Shown piece by piece: positions 36,347 to 50,363 of a DNA stretch of 64,000 bases (position 1 is the first letter of the stretch; each line of letters opens with the position of its first letter). The notes under the pieces are model-generated. The model had not been told where the DNA came from. It saw nothing but the letters and a program-made list of their open reading frames with translations, and ran no database searches. Origin of the DNA: Octopus vulgaris (lineage: Eukaryota); contig OX597818.1 in the NCBI GenBank assembly GCA_951406725.2, positions 112,468,001-112,532,000 on the forward strand. The letters run 5' to 3'. A program made the translations under genes and the position numbers.

Positions 36347-37670
36347 TTCATTTTAATATCCTTCGATTTAACCGCTTAAAGTTTCTCGTTTATCTACTCT
36401 GCGTTGTATGATGTAGAGTTGTCCGTTAAGATAGACGCGAACAATCTCCAATTATGGTCCATTATTCAAACCATTCTGCTGTTTAAATGCTTCTTATTAA
36501 TTTATACTGGACAAATGTGAATTTCCTCATATACAGGCATCTCAATGGTTGTACCTGTCTAGAAATTTTTATATCATCCTTAGATATAAAAAGGCAGTAA
36601 AATTCTTCGAAATATATGTTACGTTTATTAGTTCCAGGTCTTCAGGTTTTTGCAGTACAAATTTATTCCTAATTGATTTTCTAGTCTTTGTTTCTGTCTT
36701 TAATAGACCAGAATAATTTACTAAGACTTGTTTGGAAACTTATTTTCATCTCTAAAGTCTCTTCTACAAAATTAATGACGTCCCGTCGATGTAAAAATAT
36801 TCTGCTTGGCGTTTTCTAATTGTAACATTTTTTGTGATGTCACTTCAAATTACAGCATGTCGAACACCCATATACAGATTCTTTCACCGACACAAATGTT
36901 ATAATATTGTTTCAAGAAGTTATTGTTATATTGTATCAGATGCAATTCGCAGCACGTAAACTATTCCGAAGGCAATAGGATATTTAAAAGCATATTTTCA
37001 ACCACATTATTATGAATTCGCCATAAATTAAATGATGCGTTTGAAATGTCAATGATTCAACAAGAGCGACAGAATTCTTCATGTCAAACCGTGCATTTGT
37101 ACTTAAGTATACATGTTTAGCAAAAATGTTTGTTAGAGAATTTCATCATCTTTTAATTATTATTATTTTTTTTTTTGAATGGTAAAGAAATTCCATGAGT
37201 AGCTACATGTGATCACCGTTCTTGAAACATGAATGTAAAGTAAAATTGGTTGGTATATGAATTGTATTCGTATTCTGAAACAATGTTTTTGTGTGTTTTA
37301 ATTTCGTAAATTCAGTGACTGGTTCACTGAACGAAGGGCAACTGCGACCTAATTTTGCAAAGCTCTCCATATTGTGAAAATGAGAAAATAACTGCTTACA
37401 CAAAACACAGAGCATCAAAGCTGGCACAAGTTCAATCTCCGCTGAAGGCGTCGAAATACCAAGTAGTGGTAAGAAATGTAGCGAAAATAATAAATTGAAT
37501 TAGTATAAGTTATCGGTCATTTGCCGAGTTTTAATAACCATGATTTATGTGCTGTAGATAGTACTATTGATTTTCATAACGCTAGAGGATATTATAAATA
37601 TTAAATCAGCAGTATGACTAAAAATTATGAATTCTAAATACAAATATGATAGGATCGCACATATATAATA

Positions 37671-38078
37671 CTAGCGGCTAAGCCCGGTTTCACCCGGTCT
37701 GTTTGGATGATGTGGCTGTGATCGTTTTCGGTTAGGCATAATCTATAACAGCTTTTCTCTACCTTATTATTTCGGGTCCCCTGTTTCGATTGGATCCTTC
37801 AGCTCTATGAAACTTTCCTGGCCCTACCCCATCAGAAAACAGCTTCTAAGCAACTAGTTGTTTTAATGGCGGAAGAAAGAGGGGAATTCCATTAGAAAAG
37901 TGTTAATCGATTTTCTCAGTAAGTATGGGGGCTAGGAAAAAATAGAAACTGCATCCCAATCTATGCAGCCGTCTTCACATGTGTGCCATTTTTCACGTGA
38001 ATCCACCCAGCCGTTTGGCTTTGAACCTCAAGACAAGAAAGAATACAACGATCGCCCATGTCCAATTTATATTATAGA
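37671..38078 (-). mobile_element. Non-autonomous Helitron (408 bp)
   Basis: Minus strand begins a|TCTATAATATAAA and ends in GC hairpin CCGGgtgaaaCCGG then ...CTAG|t; inserted between A and T with no TSD. Confidence 0.8.
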
Positions 38079-41000
38079 TTTAGAGCTAGAAACACCAAAC
38101 AATTGAGATTGTACAAGAAATTAATAGGTGAAATCTCACCTTGTGTGTTTCTAAATTGTTATAATAATGATATGGAAATGTAATAACAATAAGGTCAGAT
38201 ATACAAATATTTTTAGCAGTGTATCAAATGCAGGATGAACCAAACGGTGAAACGAAATACATGCATCAATGATGCACTGAACTTGAGAACTTGTGAATGA
38301 GGTGATATAGATTACAAATATGTGCTATATGCTTGAAATAAGATATCCCATGTGTATAGTATACTGAGTTGGAAAACTTGGAATAGTAAAATATTCTGCG
38401 ATATGATACAAAGCAATTTAATGATGTTTACAATCCCCAAACTGCAAGCAAGTCAGGGACCTCACATTAATGAGTCACATGAAAATTTTAGTTTGATGTC
38501 CCACAAATGCAATTATGGAAAGTATGCGTTAAATAATGATGTTGATAGGCGATGCTTCTTGACGGCAGTTATCTAAAATAGTTTGTACATGCCACTGCAG
38601 GCGTGATATTTTCATAAGTGCATTTATATGTAATGGTCAAATTAAAAAATTTGTGCACCTTTAGTATACATTCAATTAAGAACATTCGATTATGTCTAAG
38701 TGTAAATATTTTCCTAGAGCTTTGCATTTCTTTCTCACCTTCCATCTCTCTCATTGTTCATGGCGGGGAGTGTTACTAGACATCTGATTTCCATTGTCCA
38801 TTTCTTATCATTAATTTTATCGTCCTGTCTAACACATAAATTTCTCATACTTCGACGTAGGTCTCAACCTAAGGCCAGTTACTAGTGTGACCTTCGAAAT
38901 GTTATGTTGTCTTTCGACAAATATGATTGGCGTCTGAAGGTACAGAGCCTGCATTACCATATTTTATTTTCTATAATGGAAATCTAGAAAATTAGTGACT
39001 TCTCTGTTCTAAAAATTAATAGCGATTCGTTGTCATATATCTATTGTAAATAACAACTGACAGTTTATCTATAAAACTCATTATATTTAATACTTACTCA
39101 TATCATTTGAAATATGGATATATTGTCTCATAAATGAATAACAAGATCGTATTTCTTTTAACAATATTTCAACACAAATGTAATAATTAATTTGTTTCAA
39201 GTACCCGCGATATGATCAATTCAATATCTTTTGCTTTAATACCGTTATTAATTGGCGCCAAATTGTCAGAGTTATTAGAACGGTGGACACACTGTATGCT
39301 CTAGTCCTTCTTCATTGATACCCTTTAACGTTTAAAATCACCGAAATACACTTACATATTTTCGGATCAACAAAATCGTGAACCTATACAGGGTTGTGGG
39401 CTGCGAGTTTGTTAGTGACTAAGATGAGTTGCTCTGCCGTATTTGCTCCAGTTTATGCATTCCTATTTGCTTGGTGATGGTGTTATTTCATCCCTCATTT
39501 TGATAACGCTGAGATGTCACTTGTTTATCTTTTGCGGTTTTAACTTTGTTGTAAGCATTCTGTTTGGATGATAACTTCCACTAGACCCAGAGACGCTAAA
39601 TATACAAAAGGTTCTGGACGTTCCTTTCGTTCCGTTACCAGTCAGACGAAGATCATTCCATTTTAGGTTAGGAACATTAAGACATCTAACTTAACGTAAA
39701 ATACGTCGTTTTATATAACAGATAAATATTAGTTGGTGAATGATATAATCGGATTATTTGTAAATATTCGAGATACCGTTTGATGTCTTGATTTTATCGA
39801 GGATTATATAAGGAAATATAATCTAAATGTCGATTAGAATGTATTAGGGGGCACATAAATGAATGTCCAGAATCATAAACTTGTAACCTTACAAATAATT
39901 TCCAGACACAATCCACATGGTTAATCGCAAGAAAATGGCTGATTATAGTTTGAGTGTTTGGCGAATAAAATGCTTCGCTGTCAACTAATATATGATTATA
40001 AAAATGTCATTTAGAAGTGGTTATTTATTTTTATCCTGCACAGTGAAATATAGCTGTACATCGCTAATGCTTTATTCGATTATCTTTCAAATGGATTTAC
40101 AGTAGAATACTGAATGGTGTCGTGGAATCGACAAATGATAGATTATGGAAATATAGCGAATAATATAATTTCGACATAAACAGCATTGAAGCATTGGAGA
40201 AAGAACGTCAACATGATAATTATTATTCTCCTGCCGTAATATAGTTCAAATTTTTCCGTAGTGTTTTTTATACACTTAATCTTTGTTTTCAAATCATTTA
40301 AAGAACAAGTAGCATTATAGAATTGGTAAACTAGCTGCTGACTTTAAATACTTTCACAGTCACCTGACAAGGGTAACACGTTACATGATATTCTCCTTAG
40401 CGTCACTCCATAATAAATTGAACCAAGCGTCGATTCGAACAGACTCCGCTCGCACCAGGTAGTACTTTTTCTGTTGGTTTCACTTCCATGTTTTGCTTCA
40501 ACAAAATAATTACCTTTCTTCCAAAATTAAACCAAAGGACGATTCTCAGGAAACGATTCCAGAAACGGTAGGTATTAAGATCATTTGAAATACTTACAAG
40601 GATTGGATTTTAGATGTTTGGTACGACATGGTGCAAACAGTACACTTGTACCTCGGTACTACGTACTTCCCTGTAACGGATTTCGGAAGCAGTCGACAAA
40701 ATCATGGCATATCAACAACACCCATTCGCCATCCATGGTAAGTCTGATTTTAAATTTTAAAAATATTGGATTTGCTGTAGTATAGTGTTTATTTACAGTG
40801 TATAGGTTTTTCACACTCTCAGATTGGATAGTGTGCTTGATTAAAAGTACAGACCTGTATTTATTCCTGTGTATTCGTAATGTAAATGTTGATATTAACC
40901 ACTCGTAACGTAACTTAACCTTTGTGTCGGTACCTGCAGACAATCGGCTTCATCGGACCCATGTTCCTTCCATTTAATCCGTACTGCCGAAGTATGTGTA

Positions 41001-41259
41001 GACTAAAATTTCATGTTGCCAAGACTAATTTATATCTTCGAAAGTTCTTTACAAATTATGCATATAAATAATTCAGTTGAATCCCTATAAAGTCAAAAAA
41101 TGATATTCATGCTTACTTATATATAATACTAACTTGCTATTATAATTTTCTAAATGTTCTTAATACATTATTTACACTATTTGCATTTGTGTTGCCATTG
41201 ACTGAGAGCAAGATATGTTGTGTGCAAATATGTTAAGCGAGAAAGTTATAGTCGTCAAG

Positions 41260-41491
41260 TATTTACATTTGACGGATATTTGTCCTCATCTTTTTTGTTG
41301 TTAACACGTTTCGGCTGACATATCTTCCCGCCTTCACCAGGTGTCTTGGGGAAATTTCGAACCTTAGAATGAGAACCCAGGTTCGAAATTGCCCCAAGAT
41401 ACCTGATGAAGGCTGCGGGGTATATCAGCCGAAACTTTGTGTTAATAACAAACAAGATGAGGACAAATAACCGTCAAATATAACGTAAATA
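41260..41491. repeat. ~105-bp fold-back palindrome with hammerhead-like cores in both arms
   Basis: 41260-41364 versus 41379-41491, 14-nt loop; + arm CTGATGA-A-GGCTG...CAGCC-GAAAC (41403-41435); - arm CTGGTGA-A-GGC...GCC-GAAACGTGTT. Confidence 0.85.
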
Positions 41492-42887
41492 ATGTACATA
41501 ATTCCTCATCTCTTAAATATAGTACACTGTATGTTCTTAATATATATGATTTTCATGTGGCAAACGCTTGTTTATCGCTAATTAAGCAAAACACACACTT
41601 AAGTATTGCATACTTAAATAAGAGCAGCTAATTCTGACGAAAGTAATGCTCATTGTTTCATGATAGCTGATCTTTATCAATTTATTTCTGTTTTATGAAA
41701 GGAGGCTTAGGCATAAATATTACACCGAGCTATTTGTTAATACGTACTGCATTTAATATACCAAGATCTATTATTGTATTTTCTCTTATAATGCATCAAT
41801 ATTTATAGCTGCTATCTCAGATATGTCAGAAATCTCAAGAAATCTGAGAAGATATTTCCTTTCCCCAGTTTAGCCATTAATACAAAAGGGAATATGTTAA
41901 CTATATGCATACAATTAAAGCAAACCTGACAAGTAAATTATGTTTCGTTGCAGATACAAAAATAAAATCGGTCGGTTCCTGAATCCAAGTCAGGATTTTA
42001 GACAGGATATATTTCAAATATAGTAATTCTGTTTTCCTACATAAAAATCCGTAAGAGCAGATGCCATTTGCACTTAGAGAACCGATATTCTGCTGTCATT
42101 TCAAATATACGCGATGCCACATATACGTAGCTACTTATTGTTTCTAGAACTTTAGGCTAAAATGAATGTGTATGGAGCGGCGAACGTAATGCACAGCAAT
42201 GATATTACTATTTTTGCTGTTCATGTGACTAAATACATAGGCAGGTGAGAATATTCTGTTGTGCGAATAAGAATTGCAATAAGTTAAGAATAGACAGCAG
42301 CTACACCAATTTCTTGATGTTTAACACCATCGTACCGAATAATTGTACAAGGTAATTGAGCGGTCCTCTGTAAATGTAGAACCAGATAACGAGGGGCGCC
42401 ATTTTAATAGTTCTGACAATTTTAGAAAAGTTTCCTCACATACAATTTCAATGAAAAATAGAGGATATATATTCAGAGAAGACAAAAGCAGCAATGTGCA
42501 ATTTATATTGACGGAGCCGATTATATCATTTTTATTTGGGGATTAATTAAAATTAATTAAAACCGATAATAACTGATTAAATTCAAGAATTCCTAAAATA
42601 TATGCTTGAAATTTACTGTTGCTTTGTTCCCCACCTCAAACGTCAGAAACGTTTTTGCATACTGACTATAAATGAAGTGAAGGAACTGAAATTCTAGTTT
42701 TTGGAAGCTTCTTTCGATGTAGCCTTTGTTTACTCATTGAGAATGCCATAACCGCATACTGTGGTATATGTATGTATGAATGTATATGTAAGATCTGGGA
42801 ATCAGTTACTTTTTATTACTTACTTTTTATAAATTTTCACACAAACATAGATGTGTATGTATGTATATATATATTTATATATTTATA

Positions 42888-42942
<55 letters not shown>

Positions 42943-43949
42943 ATATTTCGGAATGGTCATATTTAAACGTATATATATATATATATGCTCATATTACCAC
43001 ACACACAGATATACGCATATATATGTATAAGAATTAGTGTATAGCAATGGAATATATAACAATTTGCTCAAATCATAAGTGCCCCAGCATGGCCGTAGTC
43101 TAATTAATGAAAGAAGTAAAAGAAGAAAAGTAAGAAAACAGAACCGTATATTTAGTCGAAGAATGCCGAACCGGTTCCAAATAAAAGTAATTACTCATAT
43201 TACATAAGAAACGCCATCATTTCATACACGGAATTAAATTTCTTTTATAAAACATTCTATCAAGTCTCATATACTAATGCATTTCCTGCATTAATGTAAA
43301 TTTGTATATAATATCATTTAATAACAATAAACGCAGAGTGCGTATCTCTAGTTTGCAAGTATCGAAACGTTGATGTCATAAGAGTTAATTGGAAGCTTAG
43401 AAAGTACTCAAGATAGCGACAATAAAAAATAACTTCTGCATTAACATATCATTCTGATATATCTGTGGGAATTAAGCACAAAGGCATGATTTGTTTGAAA
43501 ATGAAATAAGATCTGAAGATGGATTCGAACGCATCAACTTATAGAATACACAATTTTGCTTAAATACAAAAGTAAAGAGGGTTGTATTTCTTTCAGTTAG
43601 AGAGGTGAATTAAATCTGATTAATCCATTACAGATATATCGAATTTTAACAAGAGATGTAATATACACACAGCATGGCGTACCTTTGATAAAATAACAAT
43701 TGCATCATCAGCTTTCATTGGCTGAATAATTCAACACGGCACAATCTATGGAACGGGTGAACAGATACCAGATGTATTGTGGAAATTAGGACAATTAGGT
43801 ATGTATTATAATGTCGCTGGCATCTACAGAAATAATATCAATAACATCGCAGGTTTAAATATGTTATAGTTTTAACATTTTCCAGCTACACACAACTGGA
43901 TATCAGAATAGGCTCTACGGGTACACACACACACACACACACACACACG

Positions 43950-44031
<82 letters not shown>

Positions 44032-44070
44032 TATATAAGTTCAGCAGCAATTTAGATTCAAGTACATATT

Positions 44071-44131
<61 letters not shown>

Positions 44132-44489
44132 TATATATGTACACACACTCCGCGGGTGTACCATGTCACCAAAGTTAATTTAGTACAAACATAATATATA
44201 TTTCCAAAGTTCCATTCCTGTGATGCATCACAAACTATACAAATGCAATTACGTTACGATATTACTCATCCTAATAAAGAAATAGTGATTATTTTAAACA
44301 CACAGCGCTGACGCTGCAATTCATCGAATCAACGCTGAACAACAGCAAATTAATGAAGTGTATAAATAAAATGAATCATAGACAAATTAGAAACTTCCTA
44401 ATTGTTTGTATCCAAATCAAACACTTTACGAAACACGCTGCAATATCAACAAACAATACTGCTACATAAAACGTGAAGATATTTCGAAT

Positions 44490-44676
44490 GCCGTTATGTT
44501 CTGAGTTCAAATTCCGGCGAGGTCAGGTGACTCTGCTTTTCATCGTTTCAGGGTCGATTGAATGAATAAGTACCAGTTACGCATTGAGGTCGATGTAATC
44601 GACTTATTGCCAAAATCTGTCCTTGTTTGTCTCCTCTATCTTTATCCACTCCACCCCCGTGGTCAATAAACAAATA
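44490..44676 (+). mobile_element. SINE family C, 5'-eroded copy
   Basis: ttctgagttcaaattcc...aagtaccagttacgca.tg..gtcgatgtaa.cgactta as at 22790-22890. Confidence 0.8.
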
Positions 44677-44799
44677 AAAGTTTATCATATATATTCAGTG
44701 TACAAAAGCTAGTTTAATACAGACAACTTACAGAACACTAATATAAGATCTCTTTAGCCAAACTGAAAATATGTACTGGACCAAGAGAATATAAAAAGA

Positions 44800-45052
44800 G
44801 CAAGAGCACTCAGAGTGCGCAAACCTCTGCCAAGTCAACACCAACGCCCTCTCAACGATTAGCCGGAGATGACTTTTCAAATGAGAATATCTGAAATAAA
44901 CTCAAGTACTCTCACAAACAAGAATACTGAAAATGAAACCGACCGCTCTCAAAAATTAAGTAAAACATCTGGAAAAAATAATGCAGAATCCTTGTCTGGT
45001 ACCGGATCGATCCCAAATTCTAATTAGTTCGCATCAGTCATGAGGCCAAACA
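44800..45052. mobile_element. Possible Helentron/HINE-type non-autonomous fragment
   Basis: Starts caagagcactcagagtgcgcaaacctc.gcc with short hairpin GCACTC a GAGTGC; pattern recognised from memory only, other terminus not seen. Confidence 0.35.
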
Positions 45053-45850
45053 GAGACAATGAAAAAAAATGATAGATTTCAGCTGTTCAGCATGGCGAAT
45101 ATATTATATATACATACATGTATATCTATTTATTTTCGACACAATACGGATGTTGGTGCATAGAAGCAATCGTGTTGATATCCTTAACAGATGCTAACAG
45201 TCCGTTTCGGCTGACAGAATTGCCATACCACGTGATGTAGCCCTTTCCCCGGCTTCTCAGTGACAGACGTCTAGCGCAAGCGTGTCAGCGATTTTGACAC
45301 GGGTGGTTTTATGCATCGCGAATACATATGACAGGTCAGCTCCTGGTAAGTAACGCAGTATAGTGTGTTCCAACAGAACATACTCTATGCTAGGTTTTGG
45401 TGTTAATACTGTCAGTATCACAATTGCAGATAGATAGATAGATGTTTATTTTATAGCTATCAGTAATATTTCACTAGTTCTTATTTACTTTTAGGGGGTG
45501 TCCCTCTCTTTTATTTTATTTTCCATATCAGGGTTTTAATTCAATTTTGATTAGCTCACAATGTTTGGTTTCACCATTACTGTCAGTCATTTTCCATCCG
45601 ACAGATTCTCGTTGTTTACCAAAAACGCAGTGACCTAGCCAAAGATTTTAAAAAGTTTATTCGACTAAATAACAACGTACGCATATTTTATATTGTATAC
45701 CGTTTATGAATAATATAATTTAAACTAGAGTGTTGTTGTAAATACGCACAACTATCTAAGAATAATCTGAAAATGTGGTACATGAAAATGTCAGTGATGT
45801 TTTGCAATCTTTTTAAGTTTCAATATATATATATACATACATATACATAC

Positions 45851-45896
<46 letters not shown>

Positions 45897-46868
45897 ATGT
45901 ATGTATGTATGTATGTATGTATGTATGTGTGTGTATGCATGTATGTGTGTGTGTATGTATGTACACCTATGCACGTATAGGGGTATGGATATGGTCGGTA
46001 AAATGACGGATACATAGAGGAAATTGAAAGCAAAGAAACTAATACAATGAATCTCCTTTTTTTCAAACAGATTTGATCAGAAATTTCGGTAAACTTCAAA
46101 GCACATTGATTGCTTCCATGCTAGGTTTTTTACCAGAAAACATCGTGCAGCAAGAGAGTGAACTAATTACTAACTAATTATTGATACAGAAATACTTTCT
46201 TATTGTTGCGGTAATTAAGAGGGGAAGGTTATTGATATTTTCAATTATTCATAATTTGTTTGGGAAAATAAGATAATAAATAAATAATTAAGAACAAGTC
46301 ATCAAGGTGTACAAATAAATGCATAAACATGATGACAATTCAGATACTGAAACCTGACTTTGAGAAACAAATGAACAAGCTAATGATAAAAGTCGTGATA
46401 ACGTTAGAAATTTGCATTAGGACGGCAACACGTACTCTGAAATTACGCGCTATTTTGTATGCAGGCATTGGTAGAACCGAGATTATGGCGGACGATAGCA
46501 GTGTGTAGCGTTACTCGGATCGAGATTAATGGAAGCTAAATTACTTTGAACATGCAGCCAAATATGTACATATCAACTGTACTCGAACGCAAAGATTATG
46601 CTCCCAAATTCAACAACCTACGTATCCAGACACACACGCGAACACATAAGCGTCCACACATATATACATATGTACATAAATGTACTCACGCATGCGTACA
46701 TAAATACCCACAGGTGGAACATTGCTATTGAGAGAAACGGTTACTATGTTGAGAAGTAAGGATGTGATGCACAGAGGACCAGCTTCATTTTGATGTATGA
46801 TACGTGTTCCTGTGTTGGTAATTATACCTGTCCTAAATATAGTGGCATTACTTTTTGACTCATATTTC

Positions 46869-46925
<57 letters not shown>

Positions 46926-46935
46926 GTAGAAAGAG

Positions 46936-46966
<31 letters not shown>

Positions 46967-47246
46967 TGTAGATATAAATATATACGTCGCTGTCTCTTTC
47001 TCTCTCTCACTGTATAATTTACATAATATATATAATATATATATATATATAATTTATATAATATATAATATACATATACATACGTATATATATATATATG
47101 TATAATTTATATAATATACATAATATGCATTTATATTTATATAATATAAATATATATAATTTATGTACTATATATAATATACGTATATATATGATATACA
47201 TACATATATATATACATATATATACAATTTACATAATATATGCAAT

Positions 47247-47285
<39 letters not shown>

Positions 47286-47995
47286 AGTATATATACATAT
47301 ATACACAAGTGTATATATATGCATGCATGTATGTTTAAGTGTGTGAGTATGCCTGTATGTATCTGTGTATCTGTGTGTTTGTGTCCTTGTCCGGAAATAT
47401 ATCCTTTTAATGATTGTAACATTGTCCTAGTGATATGCAAGTGTGATTTCAACGGATCAAACCCCTAATAATATTTCTCATTATCCGAGTAACAATGCTG
47501 CGGTACGACAAAAGACCCGCCTGTAAATATCATAAGTTCATTGTCAAGCTTTAAATGCTGCCGCTTTCTACCGTTCATCGTCGTATTTCTCAACGTCACA
47601 ATCGTTAACAACACACTTGCTCTCCTCCACCTCCTCTGCCTTCTCCTTCTTCTTCTCATCATCATCGTTAGCAACTGAAGCTTCTTCTTCTTGTTCTTGT
47701 CTCTAACAAACATCCTATATCTAGTTAAGTCTGAATTTTCCAACAAAATGTATTTTTTACACTATTATACCACTACTGGTAGTAACCCCACACCCATTAC
47801 TTTTCTGACACTACATCCAAAACACCAGCCGAATATATATCAGCTGACCGCTCCTGAAAACGTATACGGTGATCATGCTGACCATTATGACCCACTTCAT
47901 GTAGAAATAAAATCATACTCTTTCTATAATTATCACCCCTTTTTCATTTAACTTTTACTCAACTTTATATATGATAATAATAAACGTTAACATTA

Positions 47996-48026
47996 TCTAT
48001 CTATTTATCTATCTACCTATCTATTC

Positions 48027-48107
<81 letters not shown>

Positions 48108-48112
48108 CATAC

Positions 48113-48154
<42 letters not shown>

Positions 48155-48210
48155 GTCTGTCTATCTATCTGTCTGTGTGTCTATATATCTATCTATTTCT
48201 ATATATCTAG
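47996..48210. repeat. (TATC)n tetranucleotide microsatellite
   Basis: Direct reading. Confidence 0.95.
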
Positions 48211-48936
48211 CTCCCTCTTTATATACACACCTCTAGCTATGTATTTGTACGTATGTCTGTATCTATGTTTATATAATGTGATTTAATTTAGTATATTAAA
48301 TGTGAGAAAGTAGGTTAATGCTGAAAGCAGAAGTAAAGGCAATATGTAACATGTCGTACACGTTGTATTTATAAGGTATATTCTTTATAGGAGCTGCTGA
48401 TTTCTAAAAATTATGCCATTAATTTTCAGTGTTTGCTAGTTAATATTAGCAGCGACATAAATAAGCAACATCAAGTAATGTATGGTGTTTACGTTTGAAA
48501 ACTATAGCTATTTATCACCAGGTTTACTGATGTTCTGACATTAATGTCTAAACACAACACTTTGTCCCAATGGCTGAACATTTCTGAAATATTCCGCCAT
48601 CACTGTAATAAATAATTCTATGATTAAGGCTATGGTTCTATTTTAATTAGATTTCATCAAAGTGCCTCTTTATTTCTCAATCTTAAAAGAAACCGGGATA
48701 CTAACCAAAACTCTCTTTATTCCTATTTTATGCAGTAACACTACACAACTAACCAGAACAAACAGACATGACGGCAACTTAAAAAGAAATGGCTGTCAAA
48801 CAAAGTCGATGCAGCTTTACCGGAATCAATTATCGCTTCCACTGGTTTTCGTATATCATGTAAACATATGCAGCAGACTTCAGCAGGACTTATGCTTTTC
48901 CGAATGAACGTTACTTTAGAGAATACGCTTATTTAC

Positions 48937-48991
<55 letters not shown>

Positions 48992-48994
<3 letters not shown>

Positions 48995-49099
48995 CGTAAA
49001 ATACCTGTTTTATTTATATTCCTCAGCGCCATACTAATACAATTGTTTGTTTGAACTCCACCTGCCTTCGTATTTTGTTTATTTTCATAAAGCTTCCCG

Positions 49100-49101
<2 letters not shown>
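48992..49101 (+). repeat. Truncated copy of the 11545-11725 module between (TA)n tracts
   Basis: cct.agcgccatactaataca.t..tttgtttg.actccacctgccttcgt.ttttgtttattttc shared; begins at aacgtaaaa, the hammerhead stem III/cleavage position. Confidence 0.7.
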
Positions 49102-49151
<50 letters not shown>

Positions 49152-49657
49152 ATGTGTGTGTGTAATATTGATAATAAGGAAGAGTATGGAGACTTATACA
49201 TCTACAAATTTTATTTTATAGTTATATACACCATATTATAATGACCGACACCGCAGCAACATTTGAGTTTGATATAACAAACAGAACAGTATAATCGAAA
49301 CACAAAAAAATATTTAATAACCCTCATTAATAAAAGAAATCATATACCATACACAATATACGACACAAGTAATGAGCATCGCAACCAAACAATGAATGTA
49401 AACAAAAGAGAATTCGTCAATAGAAGCATTGCACTTGAAATCAAAAATTACACTCACACAACCATTAAACCGAACAAAGAACCTTATAAAGACAATAATC
49501 TCGACGTTAACTTATTTAAAGACCAAGCTGTAACTTCGGAGAGCGACTAGGGTGAGGTTGTGGCCAACAGCGCATACCTAGTTATAACAATACCACCGTA
49601 TCCCACCGAACACTAATAACATTTTACTTAGTTCCTTCGAGGATGACCAAATGGACG

Positions 49658-49740
49658 GACACTGATGAAGCTGCACTGACATTATTGTAAGGTTGGATTT
49701 GCAACAAGGATTATTCACTGCAGCAGAAACATGTGCAGCT
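49658..49740 (+). ncRNA. Hammerhead-like motif with extended stem II (degenerate, GUG triplet)
   Basis: CTGATGA-A-GCTGCACTGA...TCACTGCAGC-A-GAA-ACATGT-G; upstream 49420-49473 translates IEALHLKSK.....PLNR, like a Penelope GIY-YIG C-terminus. Confidence 0.5.
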
Positions 49741-49952
49741 CATTATAGTAAATTGTATATAATCATAAAATATATTTTGTGGATGTACAAGTCTATATAA
49801 TATTTATTATTATTAATATCAATATACACTCCAGACTATTTTTACTGTACAGCGAAGAGAACAAAGAATTACTCATGGGAAGGATGCACTGAGTGACTAA
49901 CGACTAAATGTAGTCACAAACGTTACATGTTGATCGTTGTGGTTAACCGTTA

Positions 49953-50210
49953 ACTCTCATATCGTCTCTGACGAAGCGATATCCCTAATATCCCAGAAAC
50001 AGGTGTAAGACTACCTTTCTCTTTATAAATGTCCTGCAGATTCCACACAGCTTTGGATTTCTTGTCCTTTTTATTTAACATATACATTCTCATAAAGACC
50101 CGCATTAGACTCCTCATTCACATCATTATCGAACCAAGATTCTAACTACGGTCCTCCCATAGCACCTACATAGCCTCACCTGACATCTTGGGTCTTCTGG
50201 ATACCAATGC

Positions 50211-50288
<78 letters not shown>

Positions 50289-50306
50289 GGGAATCTCTCT
50301 GTATAA

Positions 50307-50363
<57 letters not shown>

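Noticed and set aside
40400-40945. Possible host exons (GT donors at 40459, 40568, 40738; ORFs 40585-40785 and 40659-40943)
   Set aside because: No recognisable domain and no consistent exon chain on either strand; cannot be supported without RNA data.
4401-43530. Isolated CTGA(T/C/A)GA heptamers at 4401, 33333, 41634 and 43513
   Set aside because: No paired stem II followed by GAAA and stem I; expected by chance or too decayed.
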